40,644 nt of DNA from Meiothermus sp. (GTDB lineage: Bacteria > Deinococcota > Deinococci > Deinococcales > Thermaceae), in contig JANRLD010000105.1 in the NCBI GenBank assembly GCA_033762915.1, positions 1 through 40,644 on the forward strand. Direction: 5' to 3'. Below, in pieces: positions 25,820 to 36,562 of the stretch. The translations under genes were made by a program, and so were the position numbers. Below the pieces are notes generated by a model, which saw only the letters and a program-made list of their open reading frames with translations, was not told where the DNA came from and ran no database searches. Position 1 is the first letter of the stretch; the number at the start of each line of letters is the position of its first letter.

Positions 25820-28447
25820 CTACCCTTTGACCACAATATTCAACAGCTTCTTGGGCACGTAGATTTCTTTGACCACTTCCTTGCCCTCGAGGTGCGCCTT
25901 CACGTTGCCGACCTCGAGCGCCGCCGCTTTCACCTCGGCCTCGGTGGCCTTGGCCGAGACGGTCACCTTGCCGCGCACCTTGCCGTTGACCTGCACTACC
26001 AGCTCGAAGCTGTCGGTCACCAGGGCACCCTCGTCGACCGTCGGCCAGCCCGACATGAACACCGAACTCTCGTGGAACTCGTGCCAGAGGTCTTCGGCTA
26101 GGTGGGGGGCGAAGGGGGCCAGCAGTTGGATGTAGTTCTCGACAGCGCGGCGGTAGACCGGCGAGACAGCGTTCTCGCGGCGGTAGTCGGCCATGGCGTT
26201 GATGAGCTCCATCAGTGCGGCAATAGCAGTGTTGAAGCGCAGGTTCTCGGTGTCGTCGCCGACCTTCTTGATGGTCTGGTTGAGCTTCTGCCAGAGGGCC
26301 TTGTCGGCGCTCTCGAGCGTCGCCGGGTTGTGCAGCTCACCCTGCGCCTTCAGCTCCACCAGCTGCTCGGCCACCATGCGGTGGACGCGGTTGAGGAAGC
26401 GCCAGCTGCCCTGCACGCCCTCCTCAGTCCAGATCATCTCGTTCTCGGGCGGGGCGGCGAAGAGGATCGTGACGCGGGCGATGTCGGCCCCCTGCTCCTT
26501 CACGAACGGCCCCACCATCACCCCGTTGCCCAGGCTCTTGGACATGGTGGCGGCCTTCCAGAAGTGGGTCGCGCCGCCCTGCTCGCGCAGCTCCGCGCCC
26601 GACTTTTTGGCCTCGAGGACGGTCAGGGTCTCGAGGATGTCCAGCTTGCTGCGGCGGTCGGCGGTCTTAAAGCGAATGGTGTCGCCCTCGAGCTCGACCT
26701 CGCCCACGTCCGTCCAGCCCTGCACCATGCCTTGCGTGAACAGGCCCTTGAATGGCTCGTCGTAGTTGACCATCCCGATGTCGCTCAAAAACTTGGTGAA
26801 GAAGCGGCTGTACAGCAAGTGCAGGATGGCGTGTTCTACGCCGCCAATGTACAGATCCACTGGCTGCCAGAAGTTGGCCTTCTCTGGCGCGAAGGGCAGT
26901 TCCTCGTTGTGCGCGTCGGCGTAGCGCAGGTAGTACCACGAGGAGTCGATGAAGGTGTCCATGGTGTCGGTGTCGCGCCGGGCCATTCCGCCACAGCTGG
27001 GGCACTCGCACTCGTAGAACTCGGGGTGGGCGGCCAGCGGGCTCTTGCCCTTGGGGCGGATGTCGTCGACGTCCTTGAGGGTGGGCAGGGTGACGGGGAG
27101 TTGCTCGTAAGGCACGGGCACGATGCCGCAGCTATCGCAGTGGATGATGGGGAAGGGGGTGCCCCAGTAGCGCTGCCTCGAGATCAGCCAGTCGCGCAGG
27201 CGGAAGTTGATCTTGCCCTCGCCAATCCCCTGCTCCTCCATCCAGGCGATGACCTTCTGCTTGGCCTCGGCCATGTTCAGGCCGTCCAGGAAGCCCGAGT
27301 TGATGGCGGGGCCGTCCTCGTCGAAAGCTTCACCGGTGAACTCGACGGGCGGCTGGACAGTGCGGACGATGTCCAAGCCGAACTGCTTGGCAAAGTCCCA
27401 GTCGCGCTGGTCTTGGCCGGGCACCGCCATGATTGCGCCGGTGCCGTAGCCGTACGGCACGTAGTCGGCAATCCAGATCGGGATCTCTTTTCCGTTGGCG
27501 GGGTTGACGGCGTGGGTGCCCAGCCAGACGCCGGTCTTTTCCTTGGCGTCGGCCTGGCGCTCGATCTCGGACTTCTTGCGGGCGGCGGTGATGTAGGCCT
27601 CGACCTCGGCCCGCTTGTCGGGCGTGGTCAGCTCGGCCACCAGGGGGTGCTCGGGGGCCAGCACCATGAAGGTCGCGCCGAAGATGGTATCGGGGCGGGT
27701 GGAGTAGACCCGGATCTTGGCCTCGCTGCCCTTAACCGCGAAGTCGAACTCCGCGCCCTGGCTCTTCCCGATCCAGGCCCGCTGCATGGCCTTGACCTTC
27801 TCGGGCCAGTTCAGGTCGTCCAGGCCGGTCAGCAGGCGCTCGGCGTAGTCGGTGATCTTCAGGTACCACTGCTCGAGCTCTCGCTTCTCGACCAGGGCGC
27901 CCGAGCGCCAGCCGCGCCCATCGATCACCTGCTCGTTGGCCAGCACGCTCTGCTCAACCGGATCCCAGTTGACGTAGCTCTTCTTGCGGTAGGCCAGGCC
28001 CTTCTCGTACATCTTGAGAAAGATCCACTGGTTCCACTTGTAGTACTCGGGCGTGCAGGTCGTGACCTCGCGGCTCCAGTCGTAGAGGATGCCCATCTGG
28101 TTCAGGGAGTCCTTGGACTGTGCGATGTTGCCAAAGGTCCACTTGGAGGGATCGACGCCGCCCTTGAGCGCGGCGTTCTCGGCAGGCAGCCCGAAGGCGT
28201 CCCAGCCGAAGGGGTGCAGCACCGCGTAGCCCTGCTGGGTGCGGTAACGGGCGATCACGTCGCCCATGGTGTAGTTCTTCAGGTGGCCCATGTGCAGGTC
28301 GCCCGAGGGGTAGGGGAACATCACCAGGATGTAGGCCTTCTTGGCCCCACCCTGGCCCTCCCTGGCTTTGAGCAGGCCGATCTGGTTCCAGTAGCGCTGC
28401 CACTTGGGCTCGAGCTCGTGCGGGTTGTAGCGGTCGGTCGTGATCAT
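25820..28447 (-). CDS. leuS: Leucine--tRNA ligase
   Basis: [13 protein letters not shown] (HIGH motif), editing domain, RQRYWG, DTMDTF and TMSKS (KMSKS motif). Start MITTDRY at 28447. Confidence 0.98.
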   Translation of the reverse strand: MITTDRYNPHELEPKWQRYWNQIGLLKAREGQGGAKKAYILVMFPYPSGDLHMGHLKNYTMGDVIARYRTQQGYAVLHPFGWDAFGLPAENAALKGGVDPSKWTFGNIAQSKDSLNQMGILYDWSREVTTCTPEYYKWNQWIFLKMYEKGLAYRKKSYVNWDPVEQSVLANEQVIDGRGWRSGALVEKRELEQWYLKITDYAERLLTGLDDLNWPEKVKAMQRAWIGKSQGAEFDFAVKGSEAKIRVYSTRPDTIFGATFMVLAPEHPLVAELTTPDKRAEVEAYITAARKKSEIERQADAKEKTGVWLGTHAVNPANGKEIPIWIADYVPYGYGTGAIMAVPGQDQRDWDFAKQFGLDIVRTVQPPVEFTGEAFDEDGPAINSGFLDGLNMAEAKQKVIAWMEEQGIGEGKINFRLRDWLISRQRYWGTPFPIIHCDSCGIVPVPYEQLPVTLPTLKDVDDIRPKGKSPLAAHPEFYECECPSCGGMARRDTDTMDTFIDSSWYYLRYADAHNEELPFAPEKANFWQPVDLYIGGVEHAILHLLYSRFFTKFLSDIGMVNYDEPFKGLFTQGMVQGWTDVGEVELEGDTIRFKTADRRSKLDILETLTVLEAKKSGAELREQGGATHFWKAATMSKSLGNGVMVGPFVKEQGADIARVTILFAAPPENEMIWTEEGVQGSWRFLNRVHRMVAEQLVELKAQGELHNPATLESADKALWQKLNQTIKKVGDDTENLRFNTAIAALMELINAMADYRRENAVSPVYRRAVENYIQLLAPFAPHLAEDLWHEFHESSVFMSGWPTVDEGALVTDSFELVVQVNGKVRGKVTVSAKATEAEVKAAALEVGNVKAHLEGKEVVKEIYVPKKLLNIVVKG

Positions 28448-28522
28448 TGGTCTCTCCGAAAACGGGTCTATTCTATTGGGTTTCGGGGCGGGCGTGTTTG
28501 CGGGGAGGCTACCTCGAGAAAT

Positions 28523-28576
28523 AAAAAATCCCCCTCTGTTGGCCGAGGGGGAGCATCCCGCGAACGCAGGCTCCCC
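28523..28576 (-). promoter_or_regulatory. leuS transcription attenuator (overlapping antiterminator and terminator)
   Basis: On the minus strand, a GGGGAGC/GCTCCCC hairpin overlaps TCCCCCTC-loop-GAGGGGGA followed by TTTTTT. Confidence 0.8.
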
Positions 28577-28605
28577 TATGTAAGTAGCAGACGGGAAAAC
28601 TTCAT
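28576..28605 (-). CDS. leuS leader peptide MKFSRLLLT
   Basis: ATG AAG TTT TCC CGT CTG CTA CTT ACA TAG, with three tandem Leu codons. TGC-TATCAT lies 6 nt upstream (leaderless). Confidence 0.8.
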   Translation of the reverse strand: MKFSRLLLT

Positions 28606-28785
28606 ACCGGCATGATAGCACGGATTTCTGCTCGAGTGATAAAAAAACGTTACATGACCTCACAACCCAAGGCGGTTTCCGCAGATGTCCCCGCGCAGAG
28701 GCCAGGGTGTGCGGGGCACAGTACAAAGCTTTAGCACCCGTACACCTCATCGCGTACGGGCGGCGAGCGCTGTTAGTATCTCTAC

Positions 28786-29796
28786 ATGAAAGTCAACCGA
28801 CTTGGACGTACCGGCCTCAAGGTCAGCGAGGTCTGCCTGGGCACCATGACCTTCGGCGGCCCCGCCGACGAGGCCACCAGCTTCGCCATTATGGACCTGG
28901 CCGACGCGGCGGGGGTCAACTTCATTGACACCGCCGACGTGTACCCGCTGGGAGCCGGGCTGGATCGGGTGGGGGCCACCGAGGAAATCGTGGGGCGCTG
29001 GATCAAGTCCAGGGGTGCTCGAGAGCGCATTGTGCTGGCCACCAAGGCGCGCGGCAGGATGGGACCCAACCCGGGCGACGAGGGGCTCAGCCGCAAACAC
29101 CTGATGAAGGCAGTAGAAGACTCGCTGCGCCGCCTCCAGACCGACCACATTGACCTGTACCAAGTGCATTCGCCCGACCCTGACACTCCGATTGAGGAAA
29201 CGTTGGGGACCCTAACCGAGATGGTACGACGGGGCTATGTGCGCTACATCGGCTGCTCCAACTACCCGGCCTGGCAACTGGCTGAGGCACTTTGGGCCTC
29301 GGACAAGCGCGGCCTGGCCCGCTTCGACTCGGCGCAGCCGCGCTACAACCTGCTGTTTCGCATGATTGAGGACGAGTTGGTGCCGCTGTGCCGCAGCCAG
29401 GGGGTGGGCATCATCGCCTACAACCCGCTGGCAGGCGGGATGCTCACGGGCCGCTACAAGGAGCGGATCCAGGCCGAGGGCAACCGCTTCGCCATGACCG
29501 GCGGCAGCGGCGACCTCTACCGCAGGCGCTACTGGAACGAGGCGGTCTTTGCGGCGGTGGACGCGCTGGCAAAACACCTCGAGCCCCGCGGAAAGTCCCT
29601 CACCCACGCCGCGCTGGCCTGGGTGCTGGCCCAGCCGGGCGTCAGCAGCGCCATCGTGGGGGCCAGCCGCCCCGAGCAGCTAGAAGATAGTTTGAAGGCC
29701 CTCGAGATGACGCTGGAGCCCGAGGAACTGGCCGTGCTGGGAGAGGCCTGGTATAGCCTGCCCAAGGAGCGCGACCCAGCGGTGGCGCGGCGCTAG
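28786..29796 (+). CDS. Aldo/keto reductase
   Basis: [45 protein letters not shown] and IGCSN. Confidence 0.95.
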   Translation: MKVNRLGRTGLKVSEVCLGTMTFGGPADEATSFAIMDLADAAGVNFIDTADVYPLGAGLDRVGATEEIVGRWIKSRGARERIVLATKARGRMGPNPGDEGLSRKHLMKAVEDSLRRLQTDHIDLYQVHSPDPDTPIEETLGTLTEMVRRGYVRYIGCSNYPAWQLAEALWASDKRGLARFDSAQPRYNLLFRMIEDELVPLCRSQGVGIIAYNPLAGGMLTGRYKERIQAEGNRFAMTGGSGDLYRRRYWNEAVFAAVDALAKHLEPRGKSLTHAALAWVLAQPGVSSAIVGASRPEQLEDSLKALEMTLEPEELAVLGEAWYSLPKERDPAVARR

Positions 29797-29934
29797 GGCA
29801 CGCCCCCACCGACTCCGCCCCCTTGCGCCTCTGCCCCGGCCCAACCCCCCAACCCCTCACCAACAGTTGAGCCTCGCTTAAAGTTACGCTCAAATCTCAC
29901 CGAAGCGCGCCGGCCATGAGCTACCGTGAGGAGC

Positions 29935-30813
29935 ATGAAGAGCTTTTCATCATCCCGGAGGGCTGGGCTGGTGGCGACCCTGGCGCTTCTGCTGGCCGCC
30001 TGCGGGCAGGCCGGCGTGCCAGTCAGCGCCCTGAGCAAAGCCGAGGCCCAAAAGGCCAAGACCAGCCTGCTCGACAGCGATCAGTACCTGCTCCAAGGCA
30101 TATTCGACCCCCAGAATCCCGCCGCCTCGAGCCTGCAAGCCCAGGGGGTCGGCGGCCAGCTCCTCGACTGCCGCAGCACCCTCGACCCCACCAACCCCAC
30201 CAACACCGACGGCGACCTGGTGCCCACCCGCCTGAGCAAGAGCACCGACTGCACCATCCGCAGCGACCAGACCGGCGCGGGGCTGAGCTACAAGGGCAGC
30301 GTACTGATCGAAGACAAGGACGACACCAGGCCCAAGAGCGGCTTTAAGGTCAGCAACAACACCTACACCCTCAACTTCTTCGGCAACGGCGGCATGGCCG
30401 CCGCCCCGGTCTCGAGCCTCTTCTACAAGCACAACGTAGACCTGACCTGGAACAACCCCAACTACAGCATCGCCAGCGAGTTCGAGTTCAGCGGCTCGAG
30501 CAGCGAGGGCAGCTTCAAGATCGCCCAAAGCTACACCGCCAGCTACGCGCCCGACAATGTAGAGGCCCCCTTCTCGGGCGGGACCCTCAACTTCCAGGGC
30601 ACCGCCAGCCTGGACACCGCAGGCGCGAACGGGGCCAACCCCAAGCGCTACAGCCTGAGCCAGAGCAGCGCCAACCTGAAGTACTCGAGCGCCTGCAAGA
30701 AGCGCTTCGTGGGCGGCACCACCACCTACACCGACGGACGCGGCAACTCCCTGGTGATCACCTATAACAGTTGCACCAGCGTGACCGTCACGTACAACGG
30801 CGAAGTGATCTGA
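29935..30813 (+). CDS. Hypothetical beta-rich lipoprotein
   Basis: GAGGAG RBS, lipobox LAAC, S/T/N-rich sequence with paired cysteines. Confidence 0.8.
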   Translation: MKSFSSSRRAGLVATLALLLAACGQAGVPVSALSKAEAQKAKTSLLDSDQYLLQGIFDPQNPAASSLQAQGVGGQLLDCRSTLDPTNPTNTDGDLVPTRLSKSTDCTIRSDQTGAGLSYKGSVLIEDKDDTRPKSGFKVSNNTYTLNFFGNGGMAAAPVSSLFYKHNVDLTWNNPNYSIASEFEFSGSSSEGSFKIAQSYTASYAPDNVEAPFSGGTLNFQGTASLDTAGANGANPKRYSLSQSSANLKYSSACKKRFVGGTTTYTDGRGNSLVITYNSCTSVTVTYNGEVI

Positions 30814-30827
30814 AGCAGGCATGGCGG

Positions 30828-30856
30828 GCCGCCCGGGTCTCGACCCGGGCGGCTTC
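30828..30856 (+). terminator. Hairpin terminator
   Basis: GCCGCCCGGGTC-TC-GACCCGGGCGGC followed by TTC. Confidence 0.65.
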
Positions 30857-31308
30857 GTCTGTCGGCGTTGTCCGCATTCCCGCCGCTCGCTGCCGAGGTC
30901 GTGTTGAGGGTTTCGCAAAGACACTTTGGGTGTCTACAAGATTGAGATGTGGAGTTTGGCCCCAAGTGCCCGTGTTTGCACCGGGGCAGGAAGCTGCGGC
31001 GCTCACCGACCCTGTAAACACTTCGGCGCAACTGGACTCTTGACTCGGGCAACTTAGTGAACTAGTATAGTAGTACACTAAGGAGGTACATCCTCGAAGC
31101 CGATCCCCTGACCCCTCCGTTACATCCACACCCCGAAAATCTCAGGTCGAAAACCGGCATCGGCTCATCTTCTTGCGGTCATAATCAAAGGGATGGCATT
31201 GGAGCAAGGCAGCTGAAATCCTCTACCACACCCAGGTACCTCGAGCCCGAGGCCGCGCCCGACCGTCGGCCCCGCACCACCCCAAACGTCCAAATCCTAA
31301 GGAGGAGC

Positions 31309-32796
31309 ATGAACCCTACCGACACCCAACGTTCCGGCCAGCCACGCGGCTTGTTCTACCTGACTCGATTCGCAGGGCTGGTCTTCCTGGTACTCTCGCT
31401 GTCCCAGGCCTTCGCCCAGAACCTGCTGAGCCTGGCCCCCACGGGGGCTGTCGCGGGCCTCTCGGTGGCGGACCTGCGCAACAGCCGCTACACCAGAGGC
31501 ATCGTGGCCGACTGGCAGCAGAGCGGGATGCAGCGCTTCTTGCAGCAGCAGCTCCGCGCCCAGGCCGCCGAGGAGTCCGACCTGATCGGGATCGCGGCGG
31601 GCGGGCTGGCGGCGGCCCTCTACAGCGACGGCTTCTTCGTGGTCGCCCGCCCCGACGCCAGGGCCATGCAGGCCCTGCGCCGCCAGGCCCCGCGCAACCT
31701 GAAGCCGCAGAACGGCTGGCAGGTCGGCACCGAGCAAGAGGCCATGTTCGGCTTCAGCCGCGACCTGGTCTTTGTGGCGGCCCCCAAGTACGGGCGCCTG
31801 TTTCTGCAAAACCGGCGGGGCCTGCAAGCCCCCATACAGGGCGAGATCGTGCTGTGGGGCGCAGTCCCGCTAGAGCTGGTGCGCCAGTTTAACCTGCCCC
31901 CCCGCACCCAGGGGGCGGCCCAGACCCTGCGCCGCTTCAGCTACGCGCTGCGGCTCAACTCCAGCGGCTACACCGACGAGATGCGCCTCGAGGTCAACCC
32001 CTCTGCCGACCCCGCCCTGGCCGCGATCCTGCTGCCGCGCAACCTCCGGCCCTACGACGCCGCCACCCTGCCCTCGGGCCTGTCGGTCTCGACGGGTGTG
32101 CTCGAGCTGAACCGCCTGGGCCGCTACCTGACCACCCTGCTGCGCGAGTTCGACATCCGCCAGAACTTCGACCTCTCGGCCTTCGGCAGCCGCTATGCCA
32201 CCGTGACCGTGCAGGGCCCACCCCCCGCGCCGGACGGGCGCGGCGAGAACCTGCTGGGCCACAGCCTGATCTACTGGGAGGTGTCCAACCCCGGCGCCGC
32301 CGAGGGCCAGCTCCGCGACCTGCTCTCCCAGATCGCCGACTTCAGCACCCCCCAGGGCCAGGGTGGCCTGAAGGACCTGCCGGGCGAGGGCGACTTCAAG
32401 GCGGTGGAGGTCGGCTTCGGCGGGGCGATTTACTACAAGCTCGAGCCCGGCCGGATCGTCATCGCCACCAGCAAGGCGGCGCTGGGCGCGGTGAACAACA
32501 AGCCCTGGAGCGAGAACCCAGCCTTCCAGCGCTACCGCGACCGGGTTCCGGCGGGCGCGCTGGGCCTGACCTTCGGCGATCAGGGCGACGTCCTGCGCGA
32601 CAGCGCCCGGCAGATCGGCGACTCCCTGCCCCAGACCATCGGCGGCGAGCTCGACACCAAGACCCAGCAGGAGCTCACCAAGGCCCTGGGCGACTTCATG
32701 ACCCGCCTGGGCAACCGCTTTGGCCCCTCGCTGTCCTACGGCGTGGTGGAGGGCAACACCCTGATCAGCCGCGGGATCTACGAGGTGAAATGGTAG
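31309..32796 (+). CDS. Secreted hypothetical protein
   Basis: AAGGAGG RBS, signal peptide ending AFA|Q, host-like codon usage. Confidence 0.8.
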   Translation: MNPTDTQRSGQPRGLFYLTRFAGLVFLVLSLSQAFAQNLLSLAPTGAVAGLSVADLRNSRYTRGIVADWQQSGMQRFLQQQLRAQAAEESDLIGIAAGGLAAALYSDGFFVVARPDARAMQALRRQAPRNLKPQNGWQVGTEQEAMFGFSRDLVFVAAPKYGRLFLQNRRGLQAPIQGEIVLWGAVPLELVRQFNLPPRTQGAAQTLRRFSYALRLNSSGYTDEMRLEVNPSADPALAAILLPRNLRPYDAATLPSGLSVSTGVLELNRLGRYLTTLLREFDIRQNFDLSAFGSRYATVTVQGPPPAPDGRGENLLGHSLIYWEVSNPGAAEGQLRDLLSQIADFSTPQGQGGLKDLPGEGDFKAVEVGFGGAIYYKLEPGRIVIATSKAALGAVNNKPWSENPAFQRYRDRVPAGALGLTFGDQGDVLRDSARQIGDSLPQTIGGELDTKTQQELTKALGDFMTRLGNRFGPSLSYGVVEGNTLISRGIYEVKW

Positions 32797-32881
32797 GTGA
32801 GTAGGAACAGGGCGCGGGGGGCAGGGCGCGGGGGAAACCACCAGCCCTGCCCCCCGCTTCAGTGTTCCCTGTTGCCAGCAC

Positions 32882-32986
32882 CATCGCGTTTCCCACCCTT
32901 ACCTCCCTCGTGGCGGCAGGGAGTGTACTCCCTATCGCAAAAACCGCCCGCTTTAGCGCCGTAGGGAGTATGCGTGGGAAGCGCTC
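32882..32986. repeat. Dispersed ~100-bp palindromic repeat, copy 1
   Basis: Aligns to 39547-39640; contains a TACTCCCT...AGGGAGTA stem. Confidence 0.85.
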
Positions 32987-32995
32987 TAGGGGCGA

Positions 32996-33544
32996 TCAGA
33001 CTCGCTCGAGCCTGACCCACGGCTCCGGCGGCAGCTCCACCCGAATTGCCTCGCCCTCGAGCACCTCGCCGCCCTCGAGCACCACCGTCATGATACCGGC
33101 CTTGCGAATCAGGTTGCCTTCGGCATCTTTATCCAGCGTCGCAGCCATCAGGCCCGGCTGGATGGTGTCGAGCTGGGCGCAGGGGTTGCGCAGGCCGGTG
33201 ACCTCGAGGGTCGCCTGCCCGATGTGCAGCCTGGTGCCCCTGGGCAGCCCCAGCAGGTCGATCCCCCGGGTGGTGATGTTCTCCCCCATTTGCCCGTAGG
33301 CCACCTCGAAGCCCTTGTGCCGCAGCTCATCGTGCAACTCGGCGTGGATCAGGTGGACTTGGCGCAGGTTGGGCTGGGTGGGGTCTTGGGCCACCCGGCT
33401 GCGGTGCTTGACGGTGACGCCCTGGTGGGCGTCGCCCTCCACCCCCAGGCCCTGAACCAGGGTGAGGGCAGGCTGGCGGTACTTTTGCAGGGTGTGGGTG
33501 GCGCTGCGGTGAAGCGCGAGGACGACGGGCTCGAGGGTCCGCAT
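32996..33544 (-). CDS. MOSC domain protein
   Basis: GVEGDAH, RQVHLI, GENITTRG, RNPCAQL and AGIM..V..GG. Confidence 0.9.
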   Translation of the reverse strand: MRTLEPVVLALHRSATHTLQKYRQPALTLVQGLGVEGDAHQGVTVKHRSRVAQDPTQPNLRQVHLIHAELHDELRHKGFEVAYGQMGENITTRGIDLLGLPRGTRLHIGQATLEVTGLRNPCAQLDTIQPGLMAATLDKDAEGNLIRKAGIMTVVLEGGEVLEGEAIRVELPPEPWVRLERV

Positions 33545-33741
33545 GGGTTTATGTTATCAGGCCGGCGACCGGTGAGGTTTTGTCGGGCCAACCCGCGGCC
33601 GGCCCCGCAAGGTGAAGGGCCCACCGCAAGGCCTTGGCCCAAAGCAGTCTGGGCTCCTATTGCATAATTATGAAAAATAGTCAACATTTACTCAAATTTA
33701 TGCAGTTTTGCCAAACCCCATTCGCCCCGAAACTCGAGGGG

Positions 33742-33770
33742 TTCACACAGCCCACCAAGCGCGATACACT
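33742..33770 (+). promoter_or_regulatory. gabT promoter candidate flanked by operator-like sites
   Basis: TTCACA-17 nt-TACACT, with TTTG(C/G)CAAA palindromes on both sides. Confidence 0.5.
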
Positions 33771-33798
33771 CAAGTTCGGTTTGGCAAAAGGAGGACAC

Positions 33799-35103
33799 AT
33801 GATCGAGGCACCCTCAAAGAATAAGGAACTGCTCGAGCGGCGGCACAAGATCGTCCCGCGCGGCATCTCCCAGGTCCACCCGGTGGTGGCGGCTAAGGCC
33901 CAGGGCGGCAAAATCTGGGACGTGGACGGCAATGAGTACCTCGACTGGTTCGGCGGCATCGGGGTGCAGAACGTGGGGCACAACCACCCCCGCGTGGTGG
34001 CCGCCGTGCAGGAGCAGCTGCCCAACTTCATGCACACCTGCTTCGCCGGCGTGGCCTACGAGCCCTACATCCGCCTGGCCGAGCGCATCGCCGCCACCAT
34101 GCCCGGCGACTTCGAGAAGAAGGCTATGTTCGTCACCACGGGCGTCGAGGCCACCGAGAACGCCATCAAGATCGCCCGCCAGTACACCGGCCGCCCCGGC
34201 GTCATCGCCTTCAAGAACGCCTTCCACGGGCGCACCCTGATGGGCATGACCCTCACCTCCAAGTCGAGCTACCGCCAGAGCTTCGGCCCCTTCGCGCCCG
34301 AGGTCTACCACGCCCCCTACCCCTACGAGTACCAGGGCATCAACACCAAGACCGCCCTCGAGGGCCTTCAGGAACTCTTCGACTACTTTGTGGCCCCGGA
34401 GAAGGTAGCGGCCATCATCATCGAGCCGCAGATCGGCGAGGGTGGCTTCATCCCCGCGCCCGCGGCCTTCATGAAGAGCCTGCGCCACATCACCAAGAAG
34501 CACGGCATCGTGCTGATTGACGACGAGATCCAGACCGGCATCGGGCGCACTGGCAAGTTCTGGGCCATCGAGCACGCCGGTGTGGAGCCCGACCTGGTCT
34601 GCTTTGCCAAGAGCATCGGCGGCGGCCTGCCCATCTCGGGCGTGATGGGCCGCGCCGAGATCATGGACGCGCCCGCGATGGGCGGCCTGGGCGGCACCTT
34701 TATTGGCAACCCCCTGAGCTGCGCGGCCGGCAATGCGGTGCTGGACATCTTTGAGCAGGAAGACCTGCTGAGCAAAGCCGTACGGCTGGGCGAGGTGCTG
34801 CACGAGGGCTTCCGCAAGATTCAGGCCCGCTTCCCGCAGGTGGTGGGCGACGTGCGCGGCCTGGGCCCGATGATTGCCATGGAACTGGTCAAGGACCCCG
34901 AGACCAAGGCCCCCGATGCCCAAACAACCAACCGCGTCTTCGAGATCGCCCGCGAGCACGGCCTCTTGCTGTTCAAGGCCGGCCTCAACTACAACGTGAT
35001 CCGCTGCCTGGTACCACTGGTGGTGTCCGAGGACGAGGCCAAGAAGGGCTTGGATATTTTGGAGAAGAGCCTCGAGAAGGCGATTGCGGAGGCTTCCGCC
35101 TAG
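33799..35103 (+). CDS. gabT: 4-aminobutyrate aminotransferase (class III PLP)
   Basis: GGAGG RBS, TGVEATENAIKIAR, FHGRT, EPQIGEGGF, DEIQTG, AKSIGGG and GGLGGTF. Confidence 0.9.
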   Translation: MIEAPSKNKELLERRHKIVPRGISQVHPVVAAKAQGGKIWDVDGNEYLDWFGGIGVQNVGHNHPRVVAAVQEQLPNFMHTCFAGVAYEPYIRLAERIAATMPGDFEKKAMFVTTGVEATENAIKIARQYTGRPGVIAFKNAFHGRTLMGMTLTSKSSYRQSFGPFAPEVYHAPYPYEYQGINTKTALEGLQELFDYFVAPEKVAAIIIEPQIGEGGFIPAPAAFMKSLRHITKKHGIVLIDDEIQTGIGRTGKFWAIEHAGVEPDLVCFAKSIGGGLPISGVMGRAEIMDAPAMGGLGGTFIGNPLSCAAGNAVLDIFEQEDLLSKAVRLGEVLHEGFRKIQARFPQVVGDVRGLGPMIAMELVKDPETKAPDAQTTNRVFEIAREHGLLLFKAGLNYNVIRCLVPLVVSEDEAKKGLDILEKSLEKAIAEASA

Positions 35104-35127
35104 TCGAGGGTCGAAAGTCAAAAGTCA

Positions 35128-35158
35128 AGGGCGCTCAGAGAAAACTCCTGAGCGCCCT
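35128..35158. terminator. Hairpin terminator after gabT
   Basis: AGGGCGCTCAG / CTGAGCGCCCT inverted repeat. Confidence 0.7.
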
Positions 35159-35231
35159 CTCTATTATGCTGCTACCAAGAGAGCCTTACCCTAACTATCA
35201 CATCACTTTTGTCAATCTTCGTGTTAAGCAC

Positions 35232-36110
35232 TCATTGACCTGAAACACTTTTTACGGCGATGTCAAAAGCAAACTTAATTGCTTCAATAATTGCTGTACC
35301 AGCCAAACCTCCAAGGGCATTACTAGCAACATCTTCAAGCTTTTGCCTCATTGATGGACTACTTTTGCCTATTAACTCGATACTTTGAACAAGCTCGGCT
35401 TTGGTTATCTGTTCACCCTCAGCCGATCCAACTAGAATTTCGATTGCTTTACCAACCTCATCACGTTTTTGAGGCTCAATCGTAGCCAAATCATCCCTTA
35501 AGGAAAGAAGTACTTCCTTTAACTGTTCTTTTGTCGAAATTCCAATAGTTGATCCCGAAATTGTAGCACTGCCCAGTGATAACATACTTTGATTCACGCT
35601 ACCGGCAATATAAGCAGAACCCTGTGTAACATGCACAGTAGTTTTCCCACTCTCGTCTAATCCGCTGTCAATCATTAGTTTATGCAAGTATTCAACTATG
35701 TGAGCAACAAAGGGGTTGACTACACTTCTGTTAAACCCGTCCACATGATCTTGAAACCTAGAACCATGCGAATAGCCCCATGCTAAATCAGTGTATTCTC
35801 GCTTTTCCTCCACGGCCCACTTGAGAAGAACATATGTACAGCCAATTTCTAAATCTTTGGCCACAGGAATATTCCACCTGCCTCCTCCCCCTCTTTCCTC
35901 TCCTTTCTTCAATTGATAAGCATCAACTTCTGGTAGCAAGGCGAATCCCTGCACAAAGCTCGAAATAAGTTCATTAGAGTCGATAAACGCAATCAGTCTT
36001 TGTAGATTGGCGCTGCTGTCATCTACATCAGAACTCAGCAATCTGCTCGCCAAGCTACGAAACTCTAGAGAAATCTTTCTAAGCGTCTTTCCATCTACTT
36101 CGTATTCCAT
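35232..36110 (-). CDS. AT-rich hypothetical protein
   Basis: Open 292-aa frame from ATG 36110 that overlaps the upstream gene's stop; atypical codon usage. Confidence 0.75.
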   Translation of the reverse strand: MEYEVDGKTLRKISLEFRSLASRLLSSDVDDSSANLQRLIAFIDSNELISSFVQGFALLPEVDAYQLKKGEERGGGGRWNIPVAKDLEIGCTYVLLKWAVEEKREYTDLAWGYSHGSRFQDHVDGFNRSVVNPFVAHIVEYLHKLMIDSGLDESGKTTVHVTQGSAYIAGSVNQSMLSLGSATISGSTIGISTKEQLKEVLLSLRDDLATIEPQKRDEVGKAIEILVGSAEGEQITKAELVQSIELIGKSSPSMRQKLEDVASNALGGLAGTAIIEAIKFAFDIAVKSVSGQ

Positions 36111-36562
36111 GAGTTCACCTGTCCACAATAAGCGCAGTACACCCCGATGATTTTTTCCATCAGCCTAACGCGCATATGTTTTCCGCAACACTTGGTTTCA
36201 ACCAGCTCTAGATTATGGTCTTCGAGGATCACTTTTTCGTTTTCCATTCGCAATGGTTTACCCCCTTCCACTTTAACGTACTTAGATTTTCCGAAACTCT
36301 TTCCTATATCTTTCATCATGTTATTGATTAGTTGACGAGCAAGGTTTTCAGCCAAAATCTGTGCAGCTTGTTTAGCCTCATCAGAGAGAAACCTGACCGT
36401 GTGATGTCTCAAACCGCATGAAGGGCACCAGAAAAAAAGTATGGTGTCCTCTTGGGCTTCAACAGCAGAAAGTTTGAATCTTAAGGAACAGTATGGGCAG
36501 TTGAATGACACAAACCCATCACTGTCACTATGAAGAATAAGTTGATCTGAATACTCCGACAT
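36095..36562 (-). CDS. AT-rich double zinc-ribbon protein
   Basis: CPYC, CPSC, CC and CAYC cysteine clusters. Confidence 0.75.
   Translation of the reverse strand: MSEYSDQLILHSDSDGFVSFNCPYCSLRFKLSAVEAQEDTILFFWCPSCGLRHHTVRFLSDEAKQAAQILAENLARQLINNMMKDIGKSFGKSKYVKVEGGKPLRMENEKVILEDHNLELVETKCCGKHMRVRLMEKIIGVYCAYCGQVNSWNTK

Noticed and set aside
28448..28750. N-terminal extension of LeuS in the ORF track, or a T-box leader
   Set aside because: The extension crosses the attenuator and terminator and is not LeuS-like. No T-box consensus (TGGNACC) was seen.
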